In this document: positions 37,480 through 50,900 of the stretch, piece after piece
Numbering within the stretch: position 1 is the stretch's first letter
How the letters are laid out: every line of letters begins with the position of its first letter
Assembly: GCA_040954595.2 (NCBI GenBank)
Contig: CM082592.2
Span: 7,923,677 to 7,987,676 of the forward strand
Length of the DNA: 64,000 bases
Direction of reading: 5' to 3'
Source of the DNA: Balanoglossus misakiensis
Lineage: Eukaryota > Animalia > Hemichordata
Position numbers and translations under genes: made by a program
The notes under the pieces: model-generated
Database searches by the model: none
The model's input: only the letters and a program-made list of their open reading frames with translations
Told to the model about the DNA's origin: nothing

Positions 37480-37523
37480 TTGATTAACTGATTGATTGAC
37501 TGACTGACTGATTGATTGATTGA
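37480..37523. repeat. (TGAT/TGAC)n tetranucleotide microsatellite
   Basis: Direct tandem units. Confidence 0.85.
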
Positions 37524-40077
37524 CAGAAATCCTAAACAGAACTTCTCCCGATTTTGTGTGTGGATAAAACGGGAACAGTATCCGTATCAAGAGTTCTCGT
37601 GTTACCAGGTTCCCTGCATAGTAGCACCAGATAAACTTCTCTGAATAGTAGACTGTAAGTAAAGCCTCTCTTGTCACCTTGGCGATAATCTCCATCTGTC
37701 TGTTTGTCTGTCTCGGCCAGTGTCTCTCGGCCTCTCTGTACCCTATTAGAATACCTTCACTAAGCCAGAAGCAAGTCACTACTCCCGAAAAAAATTGTTT
37801 AATAACGCACCAAAAAACAACGAAGCGGGTATTACGTGCGCTGGCGACACTCAAATCCGCATGAAAATACATCAGAGAATGATATCTTGCCATGCACTTT
37901 CCACCGTTCGGCGATATCAGCGCCCAGTGAACCTTAGACGTCGATCAATCCACAGATTGTGTGCAATTTCCAAATTGCTCCATCATACCCCCGACAAGAA
38001 AAAAATGACATATCTGTCGACATCTTGTATCGCGGGAGAATCTCTGCATCTGTGCGGGTCACGCCACCAGTTTCGAAGACGACAGCGTCGACGGAAAGCC
38101 TCACGGTCCATGAATTCCTCAGAACTTTTCAAAGCGATTCCCATTCCACGATAACCACTCGCTATCGGGTTCCATTCAAGCTGGAAAGGTCGACCAGGGA
38201 TATGTCAGTCGCACGCGCCATCAGTTATCATTTCCATCATCGGTATCCACGGAAACTCTGTTTTTTTAAATCTCTCAGAAAATGTCGAAGCATTATTTTT
38301 TCAGTCATAATGTAATTGTCTGCCGCAAAATCGAACATTGTTATGTTGTAAAAACATGTCATTGTTTACTTTGTTGTCTATCTAACTCTATCAATGGTAT
38401 CCATTATTAAATTACTTCATAATCATTTGTCATTGACATTATGAATAGGGATAAAATATTTATTTATTTACTCATAACATAAGACCAGAGAAATCCATAA
38501 CCCGCGAAATGAAAAAAAAAAATGCCCGCCGACCAATCCACAAAACTCGCTCATTGCCACACTGTCAGGAATGTTCTGCTTAGGGAAGGCAATACATCTT
38601 GATTTCCTTGACAAAGTGTAGGGGGATGCCGGCAGAGAAAAAAAATCCAACGTGCTGATCATTGTTGAATCGCCGGTCCCAAGGGACAACTAAATGGCTG
38701 GCTCCCTGGGCATGCTGGGAAGGAACCGGCACAGGTGCCCACCGGGTCTGGATGGAAGCGCGCGTCGGGAGAGAGAGAGAGAAAAAAAAAGAGAGTCACG
38801 CGATAATGTTGTTACGAAATTGACGATGACTCGGCTAGGCTGGAGACGACCCTTGTGGATGTACGAATGAAATTATGAATGAAATAAATTTCGTCTCTGC
38901 TCTATAGGAGGGAATTATACGTGATTCTTTCATTTGCCACGAGACTAGTTCGTTTATCTTCACAAGGGTACGACGATGCACCTTGACGGTCCCGAGACCT
39001 ATCTGTCCATACACCACAGCGTTCGTCGTTCCAAGTGACAATTTTCTCCCAAAGTCTTTGTAAAAGACAGTTGTAGCGATTTTGGGATAATTTCGTGCGG
39101 CAAAAAAATGTGTACAAATCCCATAGAAGATATCCGCGTAAATGTACTAGGCTAGGTTATAATTGTTTTGTTTTGATTTCTTCAAACAATAGCGCAATTA
39201 TGACTTTCCCTCAAATGTAACAACTTATTCGTCCGCTGTAATCCCGATATATTGCAATCGATCGTGTAATCAAAATGATGGACGTCATAATTGGATTCGG
39301 GAATTTCATACGGTATGCCATGGTTGCCAATACTTTAACATACGTTCAAAAAGTTTCGGCGAATTTCTACTTTGTTTAATGTTAATTTATGATACATTAA
39401 TTTGAGGACAAAAAAAACACGTTTTAATCTTGGCCCAACCTTTTATCGGCACGCCTACGAGTCCAATTAAGTAAATTAATACTACTGGCTAACATCGTGT
39501 GAGACTATAAGCAATATTTTCAGTGCAGTCCCCTGGCATTTCCAAAAACGTCACATCCGGTCAGATGCCCCATGAAGTAACACGTATGTCTTTACCCGTG
39601 TACAGTTGCGTGTTAAGTTTTGCATGTTGGTAATGGGCAGGTGTTTGATGATCAATATGATGACATGCAAAACACGCTCGGTTTTCAGTTTGCTTGTGCG
39701 TGTAGTCGATTTCGTGACGGGTGGTGGGGGATGGCTCGATTCAAAATCGCCTGACAACTTTTTACGGTTAGGCTTACTGCGGCTAATAGCCAGCTGGGTG
39801 TGGTGGGCGTCGGCTGTGTACCATCCAAGCCTGTCTGCCACGCCTGTTGACAGTACGTGCTTACCGTTCCGCGCGGCTTCAATGAATATCAAAATACTAA
39901 TGTCTGCGATAGTCAAAGTTTGTCACCCATATCTAGAAATCGTCCTTACCCGGTCACAGGCCTTCTCAGGTTTGGCGTTCGCTGGCCACAGAATTAGCGG
40001 ACAGGAAATGATGTCCCTCTCTCATCCAGACTAGACACAGAGATTGGCGGCCATTTTGAATTTACATTCACTCACCA

Positions 40078-40442
40078 TACCCCCTAGCTCATCAGTCCCA
40101 CGTCATGCCCCTCTAGCTACTCGGTCAAACAACACTGCACAGTTCTACGCTGTGCTTCCTATGTCACCTGGGTTGTTGAATAGACACGTTATAGGCCTAC
40201 CCCTGGCTCAAACTTCACCCCACCCCAACTCAACAGTGAACTATAAAACCCTCTAGGTCAACAGTCACAAATCATGCCCCCTAACCCAACAGTCGCACAT
40301 CTCGGTTGCCACAAAACTCGACAGTCCTCCCAGCTACACGGTAATAATTCATCACAGTGCCTTTTGGCTGCACACTTGCACATTAAGCGTCTTGCCTAAC
40401 CTGTCGCATAAAACGTCCCGGCTCCTCAGTCACACATAATGC
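40078..40442. repeat. Decayed minisatellite, ~28-30 bp unit (approx. CCCCTAGCTCAACAGTCACACATCATG)
   Basis: Related copies such as CCCCTAGCTCATCAGTCCCACGTCATGCCCC, CCTCTAGGTCAACAGTCACAAATCATGCCCC, CTAACCCAACAGTCGCACATC and CCGGCTCCTCAGTCACACATAATG. Confidence 0.55.
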
Positions 40443-43400
40443 TTAATAAAAGCGCTGTTTAGGTATTTTTTGCGCAAGAATCAACATGTCATCTCGGAAA
40501 GGGCCTCGGAGCTATGTCATGAAATTAATGAAATTAGGCGTTTCAACATGGCTGCCCCTTTATTTGATATGACGTGCTTGGAAGTATAATGTGAAGTTAT
40601 GTCTTCGGTAGTGTGGAATTGTGGTGTTAAATTTTGTGCTTGGGTTGAAAGGGGATTTCTGAAGTGACTGAAACGAAATATTATGTAATGTTATAGGAAA
40701 ATCCGAATTTTACACCAAAATGCGGTAGATGGTTCGGTCTAAAGTCGAGCCACACCGTCCGCATGCCTTCAGTGTTTTCGTTGTACCGTTTTATCCGAGT
40801 ACGTGTACACGCGAAGATTTCGGCGAAAATTAATTTTCGATCGATGTACGATATCTCTATTAATCAGAGCTCTTCTTCCACCTTAAAGTTTCCATTATCA
40901 ATTCCCCATTTCCCCTAAAACTCTTCCGATAAACGATCTTGCATCGCTTGTCAAATCCCGCCTTTCCCCAATCAAAGGGTGCGGATTGGCATCTTTTCTG
41001 CAGGGGAGGTCATATTTCTATTGCCTCGTATCAACGAGTCGACCCTTTTATTTCGCGGCGCGTGATAGCATGGTCTGTCGATGACTGGGATATCGCCATT
41101 GCCCCCCCCCTCCCCCCACAGGTATCGAGTGACATTGAACACCAGACATGACGAAGAATGCATGCCACAGACGATATACATGTAATGTATTCGTACAGGG
41201 GCAGTCTGTGTGCGCATATAGTACTTCAACGGTGTCTCTCTCTCACTCCTCCCCTCTCATGCACTCACACACTCCCTCCCTCACTCGTTCAACCCCCCCA
41301 CTCTCTCCCCGATAGTTTTATTTCAAAAACACCAATCCAAAATTCCTCACCTACCTATCGAAATATGAAACAGTTAAAAGATCACGTTACATCGGACTGT
41401 CGACTCGACAACGTTCCAGATAAGAATTTACGGTGATGACGTAATCGATGCTACTATTTATATCGAGTTATCTCCTTTTGGAGAAACCTCTCGTATGAGG
41501 TATCGATACCTTCATATCTTTGCCAATTGATAAGACTCCTTCTTCCTATCTCTCTCTTTTTTTTCAAATATCGCCTTCATGCCAGCATTTCAATATTTTA
41601 TCACCCCCTGCTACGTGCGTTTGCTGTATCCCGATATAAAATTGATGTTATGATTTTTTGTGTTTTGCTACTATGACAGACGGGTGCAGATGAAATTCCA
41701 CGTGCAATGTGTTTTCAAAGAAGGATACGAAACGCGTGCTGCAGATCGCATGGTGGAATTGTACATTTTTAATTTCAGACGCATTACATCAATCACACTT
41801 CATCTCGCGCCAAATACTGAAACCCAAAGAATATACGCTCTGATTCGGCCACTCCCTTCGATTTTTATGTCGCGCTGATGATTTCATATTTCAGTCGATA
41901 AAATATATCTCCTTTCATGTTCAAATTGTTGATTTATTTTATAGTCTGTCGCCTGCATTATTTATCCCTTGAGGAGAGCACGCGTGCCTCCTGTATCAAA
42001 GTTATACCTCTTCCAGTTCAGTTTGTCATATCGTCAAAATCGAGATTTGATCCGAGCCACGCCTTTGTCTTGCTTGTTCTTTTATAATCTTCCTCTGCCC
42101 TCCTCTCTCTCTCTCTCTCGTTTTCTACTAGTGTATATTTCTAAAATTCGAAACAATTCGTCGCTACCTCGCACCAAACAGCATCTGGTCCGGCATTCCC
42201 TGGCGATTTTCTCTGTTATACCCAGTACAAGCATACGGTAGAATTACGCTTTCGGTTCCCCTTATTGGTAAGAGCTTTATCGGAGAAAACAGCAAAACAT
42301 TTGTCAGACCTAGCGATATATTGTCGCGTGTTTTTACAAACCAGCCCCCATGATCGACAAACCGTAGGTTGGTTCCCCCGTGGAAGTACTTGAGAACGTC
42401 AAAAGAGAGCCAGGCATTCCAATAACCATTGAAATGTGAAATTGAATTGTCTCTCGTAATATTCCATAACTCAGTCAGGAGTCATAAATAATTGCATTCC
42501 ACGTTTAGCCCTTTTTCACCAAAATACACAGAGAATAATAGATAGCCTGCTCAGAGTTTAGATAGAGTCTGTTTCAATGTGAAATACTTGAATTGTGACA
42601 CGTATACATGTGTCTGTCTCTGTCTCTGTCTCTCTGTCTCACTACCCCTCTCTCTCTCCTCTCTGTCTATCTCTCTCTCTCTCTATTTTTTTTCAGGCGT
42701 ACTTAATTTTACTTCTACCCCCATTAACTCAGGAAACGATAACTTATGCCATTAAACTACATCGCCACGCAGAACCCTGGCCGTATTGGATTGTTTTGGC
42801 GAAACGAATCTACTCCTGAATAAGGGCCACAGCGTACGGTGCCCTTCGTATGTTTCCGATGGGCTTCGCCGTTTGGTCGACCATTCTCACATACGGTATC
42901 CCCTGCGCAATATGCAAATTGACCTGAAATCGGACACCGCGCCTATCATTGTGCTTGTCGTCGACGATTGCTTTTACGTTCTGTTTAATTCGGAGTCATA
43001 ATTATGATTAATCACTCGCTTTGTCTCCATCAGGCCTATGTCAAGCCAACCTTGGATAATATTGATGGCGGTCCCTGTCGTGATGGGGTTTTGAGGCGCG
43101 TCCGATCGACCCGTGTGTGTATCAAGCGAATCGTGGTCTGATAGTTTCTGCCGTTTGTGCATTACCATCAACGCAGTGCTTCAAAAATTACAAAGAAGGC
43201 GTGCGAACATTTCTCGGACGCAAACCACACCTGGCGGCAGACAAAAAGTGTTTGCCTTGACACGGTTCGGCAGATCACGTGGTGCCCGGTCGCTGTTGTC
43301 ACCGCTGATTAATTGATATTATTTTTACCAGATGCGTGTGTTGCTTGCCCCTATAGCGTGCTTTAAATTAGCCGAAGGTACCAACAACAACCCCAAAACC

Positions 43401-43826
43401 ATAAACGGAAATACTCAGAAAGAATAAAATTCTCTTCTGTTTTTAGAAAGGCGGTTACGAACAGTAGAGTTTATTCGCATATTTGGGATTTGAAAAGTTT
43501 GCATTTGCCGTATTGATAATCGAATTGTATCGCAGTAATGTGATTTGGTGATCGACCAAGCCGGGTGCCAGGCGGCCATGTTCTACCGTGTGTTGCGCAC
43601 ACGTGATCGATTTGACGGGGAGGAGTCGATTGTTAACTTTACATTGATCGATATGCAGTCCTTGCCTGATGATGAGCGGATTTCACTCAACCGGTGCAGG
43701 TGGGAAAATAATGCCGTGACTTTTGACGAATCCAAAGTCTATCATAGGGAACTTTGTACATGTGCAAATATAATGAATGAACCATGAAAAGCAGTGGCGA
43801 TTGCACTACAGAAGATATAACAGTTC

Positions 43827-43949
<123 letters not shown>

Positions 43950-44144
43950 CCGTGCTTGTTTGTTGAGAGTCGTTCCCGTATATTCTACTATGGAAAATCT
44001 AGAGAAGTGCTGAGTCAGCACTTTTTCCCATCTTTTAGACCCTTCTCGTTGTTTTAATGCATAGATGTACAACGTCGTAAAATCAGGAAAATATCAGTAT
44101 TGCCTTAAGAACTGCGTACTGTCATCGCCTTTAGAACTACATGA

Positions 44145-44272
44145 ATACAATACAATACGATACAATGCAATACAATACAATACAATATAACACATTGCAT
44201 TGCATTGCAGTGCAACACAACTCAATTCAGCGCAACACAAAACGACAAAACTCAACGCAACACAATACAATA
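44145..44272. repeat. Degenerate (AATAC)n pentanucleotide repeat
   Basis: AATAC/AATGC/ATTGC/AACAC units; same motif as in the GUSB intron. Confidence 0.8.
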
Positions 44273-44903
44273 TGCAGTTTGAAATACAAGAGATGTCAAA
44301 ATCCGAAGTTCGCGTGAAAGATTGGGCGATACGCATGACGACAATAGTGTAGCACCGATTGCATGTCGAGTTGTTCAGCTTCGATGAGATACGGGCCATT
44401 TCAATTCCAGACGGGACAATCTGCACAGCGTAGACACCTTCGCTACAACCTGTATGTCCCGCAGCCATCGTTTAAACAAGATGAAGCGAATATTAGATAT
44501 TTAGGCATTTGTTTGATATTTTGCGTGACTGCCCATCCTTAATCGTTTACCCGTGTTTAGATTGGAGAGTCACGCGTTTCCCGGTAGTTTCTGCACCTAC
44601 GCTGACAACAGCGGGGCCCTGGACGGTGCAAAAGTGACGGTCGCAAGGGACCCCAGATATCCCGTGTGTGCCTACAATTGGAAACCCGCCCCGAGGGCTA
44701 TTGTAAATTCATCGATCAAATGTAAATATATGCATGGGAAAATATATGGTAGCTTCGCGTTTTCTGACAGCATTCTTCGCCACGTGCTTCCTGGTCACGA
44801 CAGGAGAAAAATTTGTCACCCGAAGTCAATTTTCCCACGAGAGAATATTTTATGAAAGACTGAAAAACCTGGCAACTTAAGATTAGTTGTGACCAAAGTA
44901 GTG

Positions 44904-44907
<4 letters not shown>

Positions 44908-44950
<43 letters not shown>
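44908..44950. repeat. (GA)n microsatellite
   Basis: Perfect dinucleotide run. Confidence 0.97.
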
Positions 44951-44955
<5 letters not shown>

Positions 44956-47900
44956 CAAGCAGCAACTGCATCGCGTTCAGTCACTCCAACAAAACTGTCA
45001 ACTTACCCGCCAATGATTCCCAAATCCCGTGTGAGAAACAATTCCTGCCGTGGGACCGAGACTCTTTGTTTTATCATTGTGCGGACGGCGCGTCGAGAAT
45101 AAACAACTGAGAAATCACCTTGCAAATCTTCGAGCATTTGCTTCTTGGGAAACTGCGTACAAATTTCCAAGTCGCCGATGACTCAGCTCGGCATCCAGGG
45201 CCGAACTTGGAACAACTTTTAAAGCCAATCGAATTAATTTAATACAATAATACCGGGGACGGTTACGGGCGATATTTCACTTGAATAAACGTTTGTCTCC
45301 TGAAGAAGAAAAAAACGGCGGGTTTCATAAATTTTGCGCCGAATTCATTTTCTGTAATGAGAGTTTTGTTCGAGCCGTTCGAGCAGAGCGTTGCCGTAAT
45401 GTAATTGTAATAAAACGAGCGAAATATAAAATGAACGGGCACTTTCAAGAGTCGACTGGTCCCGTCTCCTGGGACACATAAAGGGATTTGGAAAATAGAC
45501 TTCTGAAATCGAGAAAACGGTTAGAGTGTCGGGCTTGACACAATTGTCTGTTTTCCTGCGAGCTTGTCGTCGGCACTAATTAGGAAAGATCACCCCGCGC
45601 GGCAGCTAAACGGCAACAGTAAATGAGATAGGGCCCAGACAACACTTGATAACTATTAACGTATCATTAAATTGTCTTTAGAAAGTTATGCGAACACAGT
45701 TTATCGAAAGCGCCACTAATTATCACAAGTGACAAGGAAGACACGTCTAATTTAATCTGCCCCGTAAAAATTGGCGCTTTAACGAGCCAAATTAAGATAC
45801 CGTCTATATCTTGTCTAAAATGTGCTGTTCAGGCTGATTTGATTTAGCTATAAATTTGAGAGCGTTTCGTTCGGCGGACTAGCATGGAAATTGATAACGC
45901 CATACATATCTATTTGACTGCGTCGGAACGATGAGTTCGTATAATTGCTCGCAAATTTGTACGCCGTGTACGGTAATTTATCATGATTTCACACGTTACT
46001 AAAGAGCTTGTAATTAATTAAAACACCAGTATCTCCCTAACTTGATTAAAAGACTCATTAGGAAGGGGCTGGTCTCTCGGGACAGACTGGCATTTCTCTC
46101 TCTCTCTCTCTCCCTGCCGTATTGCCGACTGGGAGACCAAAGAAACACTGAGGGATTGCTAAAATCGATGGGATCAGAAACCGTTATTTGGCGCAAAATG
46201 TGTTCGTTTTAGAACAATCGCTGCGATATGATCACGAAACACTTGCCGGCCGGGGAGAGCAGTGCGTACACAGTAATACACGCTCGCCCCTTCGAGATGT
46301 TTTACAACAGTCGGCTTAACATTGCGCGGCGCAGTTAATGCGTCCCCTACAAAAGACACGAGACGCGGGAATAACCCTCAATATCAAATTATTTGGCGAC
46401 GACACATTGGCGTCGATTTTCGTTACAGATTTATTGAATTTAAATGAGAATGGCTTTTCTTTTACTTCGGTTGCAGCGACTGGTGCTCAGCCCAAAATGT
46501 CAATTTTCTGTCTATGATGTAACTTCGAGCAATGCTGCAGAGGTTAGAGGTTAATTCGACGGGTTCAATCCCGTTGACGATAAATGATGGCGTTGTATTG
46601 AAGGGTACAGTGCCACGCTCCACTGTAAGCATAAATTGTAAAATTTATCGTTTATCATTTGCCACCGCTTCTCGGGGAAAAAATCACTAATAAAATGCCA
46701 ACGTGAATTTTGCTCTCTTAAACACAAATTTTATGAATGTCGTGAAACTGTGACCAGATAAAACTCATAGAGAGCAGCCCGAAACGGACTTGAGAATAAC
46801 ACGGGAGGGGTTGGGGGAGGGAAAGGCGGTTTTATGAAAACAATATGCAATTTCCAAGCCTTGAACCTTTAGATAAAGACAGGCTTGTACATGACGTTCC
46901 TTTGGGCAAAATGCACTTAATAAGTTACCATGGCCAAAGCAATCATATCATGTATCAAACAAATTTGAATGGAGTCAATAAGCAGGCACTGTGTGGCTAC
47001 AAAGAGTGAAACATATGAAAAGCGAATGGGCAACGCTGCAACGATTGATAATTATTTTGGCGCGTAAAAATCAGTCGGCTTGTAGGGCTAACTGCAACAA
47101 ATTGTCGTGCACCGCGCTCTCAGTATGGCCGACAACAGCGATTGGTCTCATCAGTGTCACAGAGAATCGCTCGCCATTCTCGGCCACGGGGAGTGAGACG
47201 ACATTCAGCTGTGTCAAGATCAGTAGCCGGCCCGTCTGTCTGTGAGCGCTCAAAGCTTTACCGGAATCAGATACCACCTTCAAAATGAAATTTTAACACG
47301 TGACTGTTCTCTGCTGATTTTGATGTTTACGGCAGAGGAAGTGCGTGGAACTGGGACTAGCGGTTGTGAAATACAGGACAGTCCCCGCCGACAACCCGGA
47401 GGTAGAAAGCTTTGGTCGGGGGAGGCGTTGGTAATGGCAGGTCCTTCTTTATATCCAAGTGATTCTGTCATTGATATCGCTTTGTTTTCGGAGTTAATGG
47501 CGGTTTCGCCCGACTGGTGGTTTTATACGTGGCAATTACTTTACACTTTCAAATGATAGGGGTCCAAGAAAAGCTGGCGTGTTTTTTTTCCACGCCTCTC
47601 GAGATAGGTGCCCCAAAATGCCAAAAGTGCACAAAAACAACACGGTCATTGACTTATCTGGAACGCGGTGATGTTACACGCTATATTCGTTGATTATGAT
47701 GCGGGCATCAATTATAATGATTTCTCTTCTCCATACTGTTAAAAAAATCTACCCGCATACAGTCAGCGAAAGTGTTCGACACGAGGACCAATCTGTTTTT
47801 TTAACACAGTCGCGCGCACATTCATAGTTCAGAGAAAAGTCCATCACAATTAAACACATTTCTTCAAAATTAATTTAAAAGAAGACCACATCATTTGTTC

Positions 47901-50900
47901 ATTACAAGCGCTGTCTTCTATAGTTCACACAATATTGGCAACCTTTCTCTTGGATCGCCGGCGATGAACAAAAAAAAATAAATAAATAAGAAGATCGTCG
48001 GGTTAATGGAAAATGTATTCTCCTTATGGCCTCGTCGGCGGTGGCGTTCAGCGTTCCAATATTTACGTCGTCGCTGACGGGTGCTGTTCGGCCGCTGCCA
48101 ACCAGAATGAACTTATTCTGTTTTCGCCCTGTGCGAGAACTCCTCGATTCTGATATATCTCCTCTGACACTGCTTTGACACACCGTCATCCAGTGCATCC
48201 CTTCTATCACAAATAGTCAGGGAACACGCAGGCACACCACCGCCTATCAACACCAAATTGTCAGAGACAGCTTACAGGACACACAGTACAGCGTGTTAAT
48301 AAAGGAGATTGTCTGCTGTGAAACCTTGGGAGAAAAGTGAGATTTTATTGTACCTGATGGCGATTCATGGTGTCGTCTTTTCACCCCAAGTTTACTGTTT
48401 ACATTAAATCACATTTTATCTGAATATATACTTATTCGTAACTCTCTCTCCATCAACATCTCAGAGGGGCTCTCCATATCTGCGCAAAATTTGAAATTAA
48501 AGATCGCCGGTGCCCTGTGTGCGCCATTTTTGTTAGCGCGCAAATCATCGTCGACAGACTTGACATGATGTGAGCGGAACTCGACAGGTCAACAAATTTG
48601 AGATAGGCAACCGGACATGGCGAGTCCCCGTGGTTGGTTGGGAAATAGTTAGGCACATTTCTGTCACGCAATGGTATGGTATATGGCAAGCATATGGAAC
48701 ACGAACAATGTTAAGAGTTTTTCTGAAACCTGATCACCGCCATTGAAACCATACAAAACATATGACCGTCCTCCTACAATAAATTATTGCAGCTATTAAA
48801 ATATCAAATTTTTATTTTTGACGAAATGGCGGAAAAAAGATGCAAAAATCATGAATGATTGATATTTTCTGAATGAAGCAAAATATCACAAGGGTATATG
48901 TTTTCAAAGTTATTCTAAATTCGGAGGCGACAGCATGAACCGTTGCATTTTAATTTCGTCGTTTGTCATCATTTTAGAACTCTGGGACGAGGATAGATCG
49001 CCTTGAGTCACACTAGCATTTTTCGCCTTCTCCATCAGATCGCCTGAATGACGATGATTTTCTTTTTTTTCGGGCATGGAATCAAACAATACACTTTTTG
49101 CGACAGCAAGTGGATCGCGTGTTGTCCGCTGCTACCGCAACCAAAGCCTGAGAGCGCGCTGTCTCGAATTACCGGATGAACGACGATTTGTGTTGGATCA
49201 AAACTCGAACGGATTCGGCTTCTCCGCAACAGAGTAAAAATTAGAGTGAAATTAGACAAAACAGAAACCCATTCGACGTTTATATGTGTTATTGTATCGA
49301 GTTTTATGCAGTATTTTTGCAGAAGTGTACGTGTAAAGACAACGAGAAGGTAGCAACGCTGCCGCGCATATACGATGCCGTGCGCCTTGGCAACGTTTTA
49401 TGGTGTCACGTGGCCCGAGCTGCCGTCACTGGTGGTATAGTACAAGTGCTGCCGTGTTTTTTTCTCTCCAGGACTGACGTCGGCTGGTAAAAAAATAGTC
49501 GTTGTAAATCTGTCTCTCTGTGCCCTCTCCACGTCGCACTGGGTGTAGTACAGCCGGCAAAAAACCGACGAAAACAGCTGCCTGGCTCTCATTAAACCCC
49601 CGGTCGCCCCGTTCCCCGCATCCCCGCCGCCTCCACTTTCAGCTAAACCGTTGTCCTCATCTCGCCGCCTGGCAAATTTCCAATTACCATCCAATAAACG
49701 TCGCATTTGACATCGGTGAGTTTTTTCATGTGGTCAGATCGGCACGACTTTGGATGTAAAAAGAAAGAAAAAAAAAAACGAGAACACGAGAAATTAGAAA
49801 AGACGGACAAAAGAGGGTGACAAGCAATTCGTATATATTCTTCCTCGACACTCATTTATATGTAAATATTTTTTTGGTGGGGACATCTAATCTCATTTGG
49901 TGAGTTTTTACGATGTAGATAGCAATGTCGCTATTGCGACTAGTGCATTGTGGTCTGAACTTTCATCACACTTCGCAAATACTTGCTAAAATCGAACCTT
50001 AATTTGGCAGAGGAAAGCGAGCGGCGACAGCTTAAACCGACAGTTGTCGTGGTGTTTTTTTCTTATTCCTTTACACCAGCTATTAAATCGAGATGCCTTT
50101 GGAAAGAAAAGGGGGGTATTGTAAAAATGATGCTATTAAAACGTGTTTTTCGACCCGCTCGCTTACCCACCCCGGGTCTCGCCTCTTTAGCGATGTCCGT
50201 AATGAATATCGGTATCGTTGTAGGTATTTGTTTTGTAGTCATGTCATCCCCCCATAGTGGCGCCATAGCCCATGAATACGTGTATAATTTGGTACTTGTA
50301 TGAAATTTCCACCAAATCACTCTTCATATGCTGTCTTTGTGTGCGTGTATCTCGTTCGCCGTTCTCCCTTTTTATTAGACACTAGGGGGGAAAGAAAAAA
50401 AAGAGGGGCTGAACCTAGAGGATATCCCAGGCGAGAGAGACAGAGAGAGTCAGAGGGAAAATGAGACTAAATCTCTCTCTCTCAATTTGAGCCAAATAGA
50501 GTCATCGGTTAAAGATGACACACACACGTGAATGGTTGTCCGCTGCTTAGTGATTCGGGGGCATCGTTTGGCAAGATGTTAAATTAAACCGGCGTTGATC
50601 GTCTATTGTTACGCATGCACGTTTAAATAGAGATCTCCCCTTTTTTGCTAGGCTGGGAATCTTTACAATGCTACGGTATTCTCAAATAGGCTGGCTTCAG
50701 CGGCGGTAACTTCTTTTACTGTGCCGGGCTCAAAGCGATGCGCCGTCACACAGAAGATCAAAATTACCATTCAATTGGCACATGACCAAAACGTCAGAAC
50801 TTATATTAACAGGTTAGCGTGCGCTCTCGACACTGCCGGCTGATATTCGGGAGTCGGAAAGACATTTAATTCTGCCTTCTGGCTTGCTCACGGGAAAAGA

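Noticed and set aside
46534-46577. tRNA-like pieces (GCAGAGGTTAGAG ... ACGGGTTCAATCCCGT)
   Set aside because: T-loop is one base short and there is no anticodon arm or acceptor stem; at most a decayed SINE trace.
50570-50581. GGCAAGATGTT, resembling the 5' part of miR-31
   Set aside because: The match ends after 11 nt and there is no precursor hairpin.
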